This document shows positions 45,503 to 63,691 of a DNA stretch of 64,000 nt, in pieces; position 1 is the stretch's first letter; each line of letters opens with the position of its first letter. This stretch comes from the human T2T-CHM13v2.0 reference genome, Homo sapiens. The notes below the pieces were generated by a model. The model made no database searches. It worked only from the letters and a program-made list of their open reading frames with translations, and was not told the DNA's origin. A program made the translations under genes and the position numbers. The DNA lies in assembly GCF_009914755.1 (NCBI RefSeq), contig NC_060927.1; one strand, written 5' to 3'.

Positions 45503-45532
45503 CTGCCAAGGCCAGGATTGCCTGTAGTCCAG
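45503..45532 (-). CDS. IL17RD: IL17RD alternative upstream exon: CUG-initiated, signal-less N-terminus (M/L)DYRQSWPWQ (hSef-b type)
   Basis: Minus strand CTG GAC TAC AGG CAA TCC TGG CCT TGG CAG|GTGAGA gives 10 codons and a phase-0 donor. Matches my recollection of the hSef-b unique N-terminus. Candidate acceptor ttttatctgtttaattctcAG at 45666-45667 gives exon 45503-45665. Confidence 0.8.
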
Positions 45533-45595
45533 TCACACTTTCAGCCACTCCTCGTGGTGAGAGGTGGCTGTCATCTGATTCACCTCTGCCCCCAT
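45533..45595 (-). CDS. 20-aa uORF MGAEVNQMTATSHHEEWLKV*, in frame with and abutting the CUG start
   Basis: taggcATGG (G at -3, G at +4) ... AAA GTG TGA CTG, with a second in-frame ATG at 45574. Translation is not demonstrated. Confidence 0.55.
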   Translation of the reverse strand: MGAEVNQMTATSHHEEWLKV

Positions 45596-46504
45596 GCCTA
45601 GCACTCTGTCTGGCACGCTTCAGTGGGCAAGAGACTGTCACCACCTCCCCCTCTTTGGAACAAAGCTGAGAATTAAACAGATAAAATCACCTTAAAATAA
45701 GCTGTTGATGAAATGTAAATATATTTTCCCACTCTAATTATAATCTAGCCAGATAAGAAAAATCCTTAACACAAGGATTGGATTTTGTTAGGGGTCAAAT
45801 TATCCCGTGAAACATAAAAAAAGATAAAGTGATGGTGGAAGTAATTTGTATCATGAATCATTTTGAGCAGGGAATAACTAAATACTATTTTAATGAACAG
45901 TGTTAGAAGCAGTCGGCCCAAATTCTAATTTATTTTGGTATTGTGAGAAATTAGTGTATGTTTTCTGTATTAATAAAGACATTAAAGGTAAAGAGTGTCA
46001 CTGTACCCCTGACCCCAGTCTCCCAGAGGGCTGAGGGTGCAAGGTTTCCCAGGCTTTGGAGGGAGCAGTATGTGGAGAACTGGTACCCACCTGCAAGCCC
46101 TTAGTCCCTGAGACCCCCACAAGACTGCCTGGATGTCAATCAGGCTACCTGGCAGTCTTGGCTCCAATGGGGTAGGCGTCATCATCCCCACTGCACAGAT
46201 GGGGAAGCTGATGCTCAGCGAGGGGAAGTCTGCTCGCGGTCACAGAGCTGGGGTTCAAACCGGACCCCGATCGCCTGGCCTGGGACCGCCTTGCCTGGGA
46301 CGAAAGGCCCCAGACTCAGCTGATTCCTCCAGACTCTTCCTGTCTAGGACGCCAAAAACATGGCCTTCCTAAACCCAGCCTTGGCGCCTCCTGCACAGCC
46401 CAGAGACCCAGGGCGGCGGACAACAGAAAACCTGGGGCGGCGGACCCAACCCTGCGCCCAGAAATCCCAGGACGCCCACCCCATAGTTCTGGAGCGGTGC
46501 GTAC

Positions 46505-46590
46505 CTTGGCCACTACACGGAATTCACCGGCCCACGGCCACTTCCCGTTTCTTTTCCCGGAGGAAAAGAAGAGCGGATGTCTAGTCTCCA
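46505..46590 (-). other. IL17RD: Candidate non-coding distal first exon of IL17RD
   Basis: Donor CAAG|GTACGC at 46504 inside a small CpG cluster, about 840 nt upstream of the 45666 acceptor. No ATG in the segment. The 5' end is approximate. Confidence 0.55.
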
Positions 46591-46596
46591 AGGTAA

Positions 46597-46610
46597 CCGC
46601 GAGGGGGCGC
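46597..46610 (+). promoter_or_regulatory. CTCF consensus motif
   Basis: CCGCGAGGGGGCGC. Confidence 0.65.
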
Positions 46611-47119
46611 GCGCAGTCCAGGTCGGAGACCGCCGCCCCAGACTACCCTGCACTGCGACCGCACAACAAGTCTTTCTAGATCAAAGCCCCCAGGGCAGGT
46701 GGGAGTACTCTGCTGTTATTCAGAGCTGGTGCTAAGCTTTAGGGGAAGTAGAGTCCAGGGGGTCGTAAGAAAACGGATCAAATGGGTCCTTTCAGTAACC
46801 ATGTGGCTTTGGGCAACTCCATCTCTCTGGATGTCAGTTTTCTCAGATGGCAATACTGGAATGACGGGGATGCAGACCTCGGGTTTTTTTTGTTTGTTTG
46901 TTTTTTGTTTTTTTTCCGAACCTGAAGTAAGCAAATGACTTAGAGCCTGAGTGAATGTTACTGCAGGTAGTGGACCAGGAGTTGATGCAGCCAGGGCCAG
47001 CTCTTATTTGCAATTCAGTTAAGACCTGGGGAAATGGCCACGTCTAATCTTCAGGAGATAACATCCTGGCTTGGATCCGCACTATACTGGAAGGCTAAGG
47101 ACCATATCCTGTTTTCCAT

Positions 47120-47560
47120 TCATTAATTAATTCATTTAACAAGTATCAATGGAATCTCTGCACCATATCAGACATTATGCCAGGAGTGGGGATCAGAGTG
47201 AACAACAGGGCACTGTCATAGTTGTCATTAACCTGCAAACAAACATTCCATGGAGGACACTGGCATTACTCAAATAGCCCTATGACTAGGGAGGAATTAC
47301 TAGTAGATGAGTTGTTTTTGAAGAAGGGATCCCTGAGCTAAGATTCCAAATATAAGAGTTACCTGGGCAAAGGGGAGGGGAGCAGAGAGAGGAGAACTGT
47401 TCTGGGCAGAAGGAATAGCATGTGCAAAGGCCCTGGGGCAGTAGGGAATGTGGCAACTTCAAGGAGCTGAAAGAGGCTAATGTGGTTGGAGAGCAGTCAG
47501 GTGTGGCGGAATGGTGCAAGGTGAGCTGGTGAGGCCTACAGGGGCAGCCAGGCAGTACTT
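47120..47560 (-). mobile_element. L2 fragment
   Basis: attcatttaacaagtat...gaatagcatgtgcaaaggccctggggcag. Confidence 0.7.
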
Positions 47561-47909
47561 TATGTCCTGGTTTGAACCTAAAAGTAGCTAACAGCTTCTT
47601 AGGATTACTTTAAGGGCAGAAGTGGGGCTATATTTTGAAAAGATTCCTGTATTCCAAGTGCTGAGCACAGGGTATTTCCTGGCATTTAGCCAGCATTTGA
47701 TAAATACTGTTGAGTGAATGAATGAATGATCACCATCTTTACTGAAATTCTGAGTTTTAATGTCTTGAATGAATCCAAGACTCATTAAAAACCCTAGGAA
47801 AACATCCAACCCTACTAAAGCTCCAAATAATGCGAATGAAACAAACTGCAGAAACATTTTCTTGTCATCTTTTGAGGTTATTTTTATTTTGTAAATTTCT
47901 GTCTTATTT

Positions 47910-49165
<1,256 letters not shown>

Positions 49166-50516
49166 CTATATTTCTTACTATCCAACAGAAGCTCTTTCTT
49201 ATTTAGTTGTTGTCCCTTTTGCTGAGCATCTTGTTCTTGCTTAAAGAAGTAATTCTTTCTCTTATCTCTCTGAGGAAATAGTTTTATTGAAGGTCTCTTC
49301 TGTTTCCTCCAAATGCCTTTTTTCTGTTTGTTTGAAATTTTAAAACAGAATCAACTTTTTATGGCTCCTCTAAAAGTGGAAAATAGATATGCTATATTAG
49401 CAGGTTAGGACTTAAACTGGGTAATTGACATCCACAAGGATCGAAGATAGGTCACATATATCAAGAGGAAAGAGGTTCCACTGAACCACTCAAATGAGAT
49501 GTGGTTGATAAACAACCTGGAGCAACCGTGGCAACTCTTAGCCATTTTACTCTGTGAATTATCACACCTATAATGTTTAGCTCTCCCTTCACCTAGATGA
49601 ATTGTTTTTTGTTTTCTCTGATACCATCATGAATCTAAATGATATGACTTGTGATATAAATGAATACATAATCATAATGAATAGCGTTTTTATATTCAAC
49701 TGTTAATCTAGCAAGCATTTATTGAGTGTCTCCTGTATGCCAGGCACTGTGCAAGGCACTGGAAAGGAATATGATCAAGGTCATGATGTCCTTGCCCTCC
49801 AGGAACTCACTCTCCAGGGCAGTCCCTTACACTTAGCAGAGTCCAGTGCCAGTGAGACTGAGGGGCAGCCACTTGCAGTTCCATTTAACAGACGTGAAGG
49901 ATGTGAGGCTCCGGGTGGTTCCCTGGTTTGCCTAATGACACGCAGCTATTTGGAGACTGTGCTGCATCATGAACCCAAATCTTCCTCTCCTACACTCTTT
50001 GTTTCAAAAGCTCGGGTATAAATAGAAGCCAGAGAAAATGAACCACAAAAGGAGAGTTCAGAGAGACAGGGGGAGAACTAAGAGGAAACCAAGGGGAAAA
50101 AGAGTTTCAAAGTATTTGCTCAGGCCCTAGCCTCCCCTGTTTACATTTTAGCAGGGACTGGCTCAGGGCACTCAGTGGGGGAACAGGGCCTGCAGGAGCA
50201 CCTAGGAGACAAGGAGAAGTTTCTGGGAAAGAGAGGACAGAGGAGAAGAAAAGACATGCTGTGTTCATTTTACAGTTGCAGGGAATGTTTTCTCTACTCT
50301 TTTAGAGTTAAATCCTCGTGGGCAATAATCCTCAAATTGAATAACTTACACACCTAGAAGCAGTGGCTGGCAACTGGGTGGGTCAGAGCCTTCTAGGGTG
50401 TCCTCTCCATTGCAGGGGGAAGGCCAATGTCCCTCAGTTGTGAAAATATGCAATGAGCTGTGACTCTGGTCTCTCAGCCAACCCAGTGCCATTGCAAGAA
50501 ATTGCAAGAAATTCTA

Positions 50517-50847
<331 letters not shown>

Positions 50848-51489
50848 CTAAATTTTGCTAGAGGTGGAGCAAGGATTACAGATCTCAAAAACAGCAGCAG
50901 AGCAAAACATTGAGCCAAATTCATGAGCAAAAGTCAGCCCCATGCCAGCAATGAAATCCACCAAGCACCCTCCCTGCCAGGCTGCTTCCTCCTCCCACAG
51001 GAGCCACCCAAAGATTCAGGTGGGACAGCAGCTCTGCACCCCTGCCTGGGACAGGTGGAATCCCCTGCAGGTTGGCAAAGGCATGGGTAGGGTGGGGAGG
51101 AGTGTGAAGGAAAGTGGTTCACTCTTCACTGGAGAGATCAGATGGTAACTTCCATTGGCCTTTCTCAGCTTGACTAAAGATATACATTAAAACCCGAAAC
51201 CTAAAATAAATTCTTCCATTGCTGCTGGCTGCCATTATGTAATGTCTCACAGTGTTTCCCAGGGACCCTCCAGGCGGTCTCATTTACTGCTTTGGGTGCT
51301 CTTCCAGCTTTGTTCATGACTTCCAAACTGCTCTCCATAAAAGTGAGCCATATGTACATTGGCTACTCTCAACATAGTTTATACCTTCAAAAGCATGCAT
51401 ATATCATCATGAGGCCAAGGTTGAGAATGGTATGCAAGTCCATAGATTGGGTTCCTTTTTTAAAAACCTGGCAACATTTCAGGCTAATT

Positions 51490-54660
<3,171 letters not shown>

Positions 54661-54689
54661 GCCGGCACCGCAATATTGCTGCTGACTCA

Positions 54690-56690
54690 CAGAATACCTT
54701 ATCCAACATCATCCCCAAATCATTGCATCTGATAAAAAGTGAAATGTCACAGCAAAGAAAGTGTAACAGTGGACTCATGCTCATGAAATTAACTGTTCTT
54801 ATTACATACCCCATTACCCTGAGGCAGCAGACATAATTAAAAGTTGACAAAATTTACTGAAGACTTTATTATGGTGCCATTTGGGAAATAATACCCTGAC
54901 AGGATGGATTCTGTCTTATAGGATGCGGTATATATTTTGAATTAGGGATCATCATATGGTGCTGTCTCCCTCTTAGCCACAATAAATAGCTCCATGATGC
55001 AAGGAGTAGAAGTGGAAGTGGCTTCTCTCACTATTACATACTAACCCTCTTGCAGGATTTTTGCTTCCCTTCCCTGCAACTTTGAGCTCTGCTGGTTTAG
55101 AGGTCTTAATCCCCAAAGGGAACCCAATAATGGTTCCGTTGAATTGAAAGATAGGAATGCCACATGGCCATTTTGGACTCCTTATGCCACTGAAAGGTGT
55201 TACTCTACTGGCCAGAGAGACTGATCTCTATTACAAGGGGGAAATTTTTGGATCATTGCTATACAACGGGGACAAGGAAGACTATGTTTGGAACCCAGGG
55301 ATTCTCCAGGGCACCCCTTAGTACTTCCATGCCCAATAGTAAGGGTTAACGAACAACTAGAGCAACCAGAAAAGGCAAGGCAATTGAGTACTCAGAGTTC
55401 TGGGGGACTAAGGTTTGGGTCAGTCCACCAGGTAAAGAACCCTAACTAGCTAAGTTTCTGGCTGAGGTTAGGGAAATATTGAATGGCTAGAGGTAGAAGG
55501 AAGTCATGTATATCAATTATGTCTTATGACCAATTAAGGAAAATACATTCTATTTGCTTGTTATGTGTGTTTGTCTATATAAATCATTTTCTCCTTCTTT
55601 CTCTTCTTGCCATTTTAATTTATATACAAGTTGCTAAAGTTAATGCTACAGTTTAGTCTTTAGGTAACAGAAGATTCCATGGGACTGTGACTGAATATAA
55701 GAAATAATTAGTAGAGCCAGGAATGGATGTAATGATTGTTGGGACTGAGTGTCTTCTCATTTGGGGGAGAGCATGAGGACATCTTCATTTCTAAGATGAA
55801 TAGCTCTATCTTGTTAGGTAGAATTGTAGAGGTGATTTGTTGTATAAAGGTTCAAATGTGTGTAGAAGGGAGCATATGGAAGGTGAACAGCCGAAGAGGA
55901 GAACTCTACCAGTTATCAATTTATTGCCTCTCAGAACCAAATTCACCCTTCATTATCTGATGCTAAGCAAAAATGGATCTGGTCCATTTAATTATTTTCA
56001 TTTGTCAGCTAGCACTATGTTAAACTCTGTCAGTAGAGGGTGATGGAGAGACATTGTAGGAGGAAGGAGGAAAACCTGGTTGTTGTGTTCCTTCCATCAG
56101 GCTTCTGCAGTGTGGGCTTCTTCTCCAGCATCCACTCCTGCAGCACTGGTGGCTTTTCTAGCACCTGCATTGCAGGCAGCTTCTCCAGTGTTCAGCTCCT
56201 ACAAACACAGCTTCCCCAGTGCCATGTTCCTACAGCAGCTGGCTCCTGCAGTGCATGGCAGCCAGAAGTGCCCGTGGCCAGCAGCTTCCCCTGGCACTCC
56301 TTTTGAACAGTTTCATAGCAGAGTGCCTCCAGAGAAACACCTTCCCATGAAAGCTTTCCCTGGCACTATACTGGGTGGATTTGTGACAAGTTCTGACACG
56401 GAAGCCTCACAGCAACTTCTCTGCCATTCAGTGAGGTATGGCTGTGTCCCTTCCAGTGGCGTCTGATCTCTGACCTGGGGAGAGGGCCCTTCCTTGCATT
56501 GTCTCTCTCAGCCGTAGGCAGTGGCTGCTCCTCCTGTATGCTATTGCTACATTCTTTAGCATTCTCTCTACTTCTTACTAGTGAATCCATCACTTCTCCA
56601 ATCTTTTATTATAGTTAATAATTCCTTATATTAAACTTTCCCTGTTCAAATTACTATGTAGTTTGTCTACTGACTGGACCCAGACTAGTC
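54690..56690 (+). mobile_element. Decayed ERV-L internal region (integrase and dUTPase relics) followed by a probable 3' LTR
   Basis: cattgcatctga...tggactcatgctcatgaaattaactg...ccctgaggcagc resembles the ERVL integrase. gttccgttgaattgaaagataggaatgccacatggccattttggactcc resembles the dUTPase PLNWKLRLPPGHFGLL. LTR-like end at about 56600-56690. Confidence 0.7.
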
Positions 56691-56781
56691 TGCACAAAGA
56701 ATAGTTTCAGAATTGCTAACTCATTAACTCATTCCCCTGTGAGAGCCATAGACAGAAACAAATCTACTAACAAAACTATAA

Positions 56782-57082
<301 letters not shown>

Positions 57083-57364
57083 TAATGAAACTATAATCTG
57101 TGTGTACATCTCTTTTCCATCTTTAGTCTTATAGTATCTAGTCAAAACATTGGTTTCCAGAGTTACCCAAGTTAGGTCTTTTCTTAACTATTTCCAGTAT
57201 GGTTATACTATTCGTTTGGGATATACTGAGGTTCACTGGTGTTGGTGTTCCATTTTGGGTTCTCCTCTTGTCCTGGTTGATTTAAATTAGTTATTTATTT
57301 TGGGTGTATGTGAAGCATTACTGTGGTTCTAAGAGTCACAGCAACATAAAAGGATCTACTCAGT

Positions 57365-57727
57365 CTGTAATTCCAGCACTTTGGGTGGCCAAAGCAGGCA
57401 GATCACTTGAGGTCAGGAGTTCGAGACTAGCCTGGACAACATGGTAAAACCCCGACTCTACTAAAAATACAAAATTAGCAGGGCATGGTTGTGCATGCCA
57501 ATAATCCCAGCTACTTGGTGGCTGAGGCGTGAGAATCACTCGAACCCGCGAAGCGGAGGTTGCAGTGAGCCAAGACTGTGCCATTGCACTCCAGCCTGGG
57601 TGACAGAGCTAGACTCTGTTTTATATATATATATATATATATAAAATATACATATATAATATATAATATATAAACTATATGTTCAGTATTTATAGTACAT
57701 ATATGATATATATTATATATATATATA
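57365..57727 (+). mobile_element. 5'-trimmed Alu with (TA)n-rich tail
   Basis: Alu body 57365-57620, TA repeat 57621-57727, TSD-like tactcag. Confidence 0.9.
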
Positions 57728-58274
57728 CTCAGAGAAGTGTTGTGCCCCTGTATTCTCAGCACCCATTCCCATTATTCCCTCCTTCTTTCCATCCCATCCC
57801 CATCCACTCACTCTCTATAAGTAATCAGACTTTTTGGCTTCTGGTTCATCTCTACTGGATTTCATTTGCACAAATAAGCAGATGCATGCACATTTTCTTG
57901 TATCCCTTTCTTTATATCATAGATACTCTTTCGCAGTTTATTAACCCCATGTTTTAACCAGATGATGTATGGGAGGTCTAAAGATGAGTCTTAAGCCTTC
58001 CTAGGGAGTAAAGACATAGGTTCATATTCCTCTTGTTCCCTACTTTGTTTGGAGCCCAGGCTGTGTCCATCCCAAAGTAGATAAGAAATATTTACTGGAG
58101 TTGACCACTGAAAGTAACATTGGAAGACCACAGAAATGGCCATTTCTATTAAAATAAAACATATGGATAATCTCTAATTTGTAATGCACAGTGATTCTAC
58201 TTCTTGATGTTTAACCTCAGAAAAAAATTCATATCTGTGCACAGGTAGATATATACAAGCTGTTTTTGGTAACT

Positions 58275-59672
58275 ATCTTAATCCATTAAGGCTGCTATAA
58301 CAAAATACCATAGACTGGGTAGCTTAATAACAACACAATTTTATTGCTTACAATTCTGGAGGTTAGGAAGTCAAGGATTAAGGTGCCAGCAGATTTGGTG
58401 TCTAGTTGTTACAGGATCTTCGGGGTGTTGATTTTCTGGCCAGAAACCTCTGTGGCCGCGGCACCTGAGTTCTTGTCCTGCATCCAGGAAGAATGAGGTA
58501 CACAGACAAGTGAAGGGTGAAGAAAATGAAGATGAACTTTATTGAGTGTTACAACAGCCCAGAGGAGACTTGCAGTGGTTAACTCCTCTCCGTAGGCAGG
58601 TCATCCTTCAGTGTTCAGTTCTCAGCAGAGAGGAGGCCCTGGGGATGGTAGCTCCTCTCTGCAACTGGTTGTCCCAATGTCTACAGCTCTCAGCAGAGAG
58701 GAGGCCCTGGAGAGGGTGGCTCCTCTCTGCCAGCAGGTCATCTCTGCAGCTTTCAGCAGAGCCAGTAGCTCCTCTCTGCTGCTGGTTGTCTTGTCATCTC
58801 CAGCTATCAGCAGAGAGGGTAACTCCTCTCTGCAGCTGGTCATTCCTTGTCTCTCTACCCTCTTTGTCCTCTGGCCATTGTCTGCACTGCTCTGGCTAAA
58901 CTCCGGGCTTTTATGGACCTCAGAGGGGAAGAAACACATGCCAGTTGGTCCATGAGTGGCCATGGGCCGGCCAGAAGAGGTACCATGAGTCCCCACTCCA
59001 GTCCAAAGGACTGGCAGACTGGCCCCCAGCCTTCAGGCCCTCCCTGGCCTGAAGGTGGGGTCTTACTGGAAACCTGCCCCCTTCCACCCAGGAATCAATC
59101 TGCCTCCTGCTGCGATTCATGGCCCCTGGGGCTCGGCCCAAACCCTGCTCCAAGATTGGAGCAGGCACCAGGAGTGGAGAGAGGCCAGGCAGCAGAAGCA
59201 GACAACCCCAAGCCTGCAGGGACTTGCGGGGGAGCGGGGGGTTCTTCCTGGGGTGCAGGAAGGGTGCAGGCTGCAGAGACACCCGGGTCCTGCACCTGGG
59301 TTTGGGCAGCTGCAGTGGCACTCGGGGAGCTCCCACTCCAATTCAGAAGGGGTGGGCCTCCCACCGGCTCCATGGAGTGTGCAGCAGAGTGGTGCCTCCC
59401 CGTTGCAGCCAGCATGATGGCAGCAGCCACTGCCATCATAGTGAGGACCCATTTCCTGGTTCATAGATGGTTCCTTCTTGCTGTGTCCTCACATGGCAGA
59501 AGGGGAAAGGGAGCACTCTCAAGCCTCTTGTATAAGGGTACTGATCTGATTTATGAGGGCGCCACTCTCATGATCTAATCACTTCTCCAAGGCTTTACCT
59601 CCTAATACCATCATTTGGGGGACTGGGATTTCAATATTTGAATTTTCGGAGACAAATATTCAGCCCATAGCA
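58275..59672 (-). mobile_element. MaLR LTR (MLT1A-like) split by a solo ERV1 LTR
   Basis: gctgctataacaaaataccatagactgggtagctt...aaggtgccagcagatttggtgtc | gaggacc...ttgctgtgtcctcacatggcagaa...attcagcccatagca. Confidence 0.8.
58407..59438 (-). mobile_element. Solo ERV1-class LTR (MER52-like), 1032 bp
   Basis: TG...CA termini, 4-bp TSD TAGT at 58403-58406 and 59439-59442, minus-strand AATAAA at 58538-58543, internal ctcctctctgc/cagcagagagg tandem units. Confidence 0.8.
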
Positions 59673-61808
59673 ATAGCACTATTTTTAATGGCGGGACAAA
59701 CAACAACAACAACAGAAACAACCTTAGTGTCTGTCAAGAGAGAAATGGCTGAAAACACACTGTGGAACACCCACCCTGTCACACTACACAGTGCAATAGG
59801 TTTGTTTGTTTTAACAAGGTACTGCTACGAGGAGCTTAGAAAAAGCCCTGAGGCATATTGTTGAGTGGAGGAAAAATGCTAATTATAGAATAAGTATGCT
59901 AAAATACCATTTATGAAAAATCAACAAATAAATAGAACTACAAAGCAATGCCACATGTTTTATGTGGGTACATACCCCTGTGTAAAAATCCATAAGAAAA
60001 AGATTTTGGAAGCAAAGATATCAAACTGAAAAAGGTAGTTTTATTGGAGGGAGGAGACTGGGGGTTTGGGAGGAAGGGTCTCAAAAAGAGCTTCTATCTG
60101 TAATGTGTTCACTTTTTCAATCCTAATGTAATTATTATTTGTATAATTAAAAACAAACAAGTACAACAAATAAGCAAAACAGACTACATTAATTAGACCT
60201 CAAAACCCTTGAAAAAGTGACTACAATCTATTGCAGAAGCACGCAGACTCACTCAGTATCAGTATCTTCCTCCTACAGAAAATCCTGGAAAATGACAGAG
60301 TCTCCCTTTACCCCCATATAATGTGAGCGTAAAAATTTCTAAAAATTGCCTGCTTAACTAAGGCTTGTTGTCTGCTAATAAAACCAAGCAGTGCAAGCAA
60401 AGAAATAATCTAGAATCTAAAATTGCTGTGAACACCATACACCCACCACCTGCATACTATATTTAACGCTGGACTATTCTTGCTTTCTCACATGCAATCA
60501 CTGACATGTAAAACTCCACTTCTCTCAATATGCATTGTCTGCTTTGATTCTGTTCTTTGCTAAGCTATAAGATATTCCATGTGAGGAAAACAACTGATGG
60601 CTGAGGACGGAGTTCAGGTACTCCAAGTCATTTGCTTTCTATTTCAACCATTTGATGATGAGGTCAGAGAGGAGAAAACATTCTCACACTGAGGTTATTA
60701 AATATATTTCTAAAGATAAAAAGTATATAACATACAACATACTTTTCAAGTATGTAGTTAAATTATATTTCCCTTGGGGAAAATGAAAAAGTAAAACTAC
60801 AGCGTTAGCCTTATTACATTAAAAAAAAAAAAAAGATTAAGATGATAATGAGCCAGAAAGCTGACTAAGCCACTAATCAAAGACAGAGACACAAATACAA
60901 TTAGTGTTTCGAGCAAGTTGCTCTGAGGATTCTTGGCTAATCCTGAGACATCTAGAGGCCTCACATGGGGAGCCCCATCCCGCCTTGACATGGGAAGGCA
61001 CTTCCTGCCACCCGCTCTCTGTTTTTGTGTAGCTCGGGTTAAGACCATGCAAAATAAACAACAGAATTTTGCCCAGGCATCACATTCCCTTCTAGGAGGA
61101 AATTACCGTACTCATTTTTTAGCTTCTCTATTTGGAGTATATTTTCCAGTATTTTAATTTTTAAATCCCCTAGCCCCTCTCCTGCCTTTTAGGAAAATTA
61201 CTTGTGTTTTCTGACCTTACAGACTCAAAGCTATTCCTTTTGAAGGTTTCTTTTTGATTCAGGAAATTTGCACAAACAGCAAAGAAAAAATTCTGCTTGT
61301 GCAAAACACATCTGTCCTCATGTAGAGAATATCTGGAAGAATGGCAGTATCTCAGGGTAGTAGGATTGCTGGTGATTAATTTATTTTAATTTTCTGTATT
61401 GTTTAATTTTGAATATTGAGAATATTTTATTTTTACAATAAAAAGAACATTTTCGTTTTGGAACAACAACAAAAAATGTGGGGAGGGAATGAGGGATGAA
61501 ATAACTGGAACAGAAGAAAATGACAACAGGGACAATAAGATGTGCCAGGACTGAGGTGAGCGCTCAGACTCCTCACAGACGCAATAGTTGTCCTGCTCCA
61601 AATCCATTCCCCTGCCAGGCCACCTTCCCTTCTGGCCCGCACCTCTAGTGACGTCTCCTGTCTGGTCTTCCTGCCTGCTGTTGCTCCTCAATAATCCATC
61701 TCTACAGAACAGCCAGAGTGTTTACTTGAAATGAAAATCTGATCCATTATTCCCTCCATATACGACCTTCAGTGGCTTCCAGTTGCACATGGATAAAAAC
61801 CCAATCTC

Positions 61809-62135
<327 letters not shown>

Positions 62136-62616
62136 CACCCAATCTCCTTATCCCACTTAAGGCCCGGCCCCTCCTGCCCTTGCTCCTTCTTCTCCTGCCC
62201 ATTTTCCTTTTACTCACTTTGTTGATCATTCCTGGAACACTCTTTCCTGCCTCAGGGCCTTTGTACTTGTTGTTTCCTATGCTTTTCCCTCAGCTCCTCA
62301 CATGTTCCGCCCTGCTCCTCCAGAGTCTCCAGGAATCTGCATTTTCAATATGTATTTCACGTGATGCTCATGCACCCTTATATTTCAGAGTTTCTGGATT
62401 TGGATGAGTGTTTAAGGGGAAGGGCGTTCAAGAACCAACTTCTGACAGATGCCTAGAGTATAACTATTCTCTCTCAGCCTTTTGCGAGACAAGGTGGGTC
62501 CCCTGGACCACGATGCTCCTCAAGAAGGACCTGGGTATGGTATGTCGGCTCATAGAAGGATGGCATTTTAGGGCTTGAAGTGCCCCCACCAAAGGCCAGA
62601 ATGTCCGACATTCTAG

Positions 62617-62979
<363 letters not shown>

Positions 62980-63691
62980 TAAGCTATACATAAGGTAACC
63001 ATAACAAATTTGACCTTCCTTTAAAATGGGGTTTGGGGACTGAGATATATTCAGATATTGACTGCCTAAGAACTAGTCACCCTGAAAGGTTCACAGAGGA
63101 CAAATTATTGGGTCAAATTAAAATGACCTATTGGAAGGTATTGGAAGCATTAAGCAAACACTGAGCTGACACTACAGGCAAGTTCCTATGCTAGGAGTGT
63201 GAGGGGAAGCAAGACGGTGGGCCCAGATCTGCCTAGCCTGCCCACAAGGGCTTACAGCCCCTCAACGGAGCTTGTCATGGGGCAAAGTAGATTGAGTAGT
63301 TTTATTTTTTATTGTTTTTGAGGAGTTTTTCTATTCCCACCTAGTAGGCAGGTGGTAAGGGTAAGCAGAAGTGAGAACTTCACAAAGAGGCCATGACAAG
63401 GACAAGCAGTAAAGAGCCATGACTTTGTTGTCAACGTCTCCTCTCTGTGAGTTCTTTTAGGAACTCTTTCCTCCCTGCCTGTAGTTCTAGGGGGCTGCCA
63501 ATCAAGGTGGCCCTGTACCAGCCAACCCTCCCATTAGGAGTGATTCTCCAACCCCAGGAGTTGGGTCCATCAGAGTCCTCCCTGGGACGTCTTCGACAGA
63601 CTCAGAGTCAGGCTCCCTCTCTTCCTGGCTTCCCAAATTGGCCAGAGATGAGCCTTGTGTTGTCCAATTGCATCACCCGCACCCAGTAGAG

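Larger units (their letters stand above)
46230..46665. promoter_or_regulatory. Small CpG cluster, putative distal IL17RD promoter
   Basis: CpG-rich unique sequence, GGGGCGG box at about 46434, minus-strand donor at 46504. Confidence 0.7.

Noticed and set aside
58580-58840. Repeat-spacer-like pattern (ctcctctctgc units)
   Set aside because: Degenerate LTR-internal tandem repeat in human DNA, not a CRISPR array.
58546-59578. ORFs up to 243 aa on both strands
   Set aside because: They lie within a GC-rich solo LTR and show no gag, pol or env similarity.
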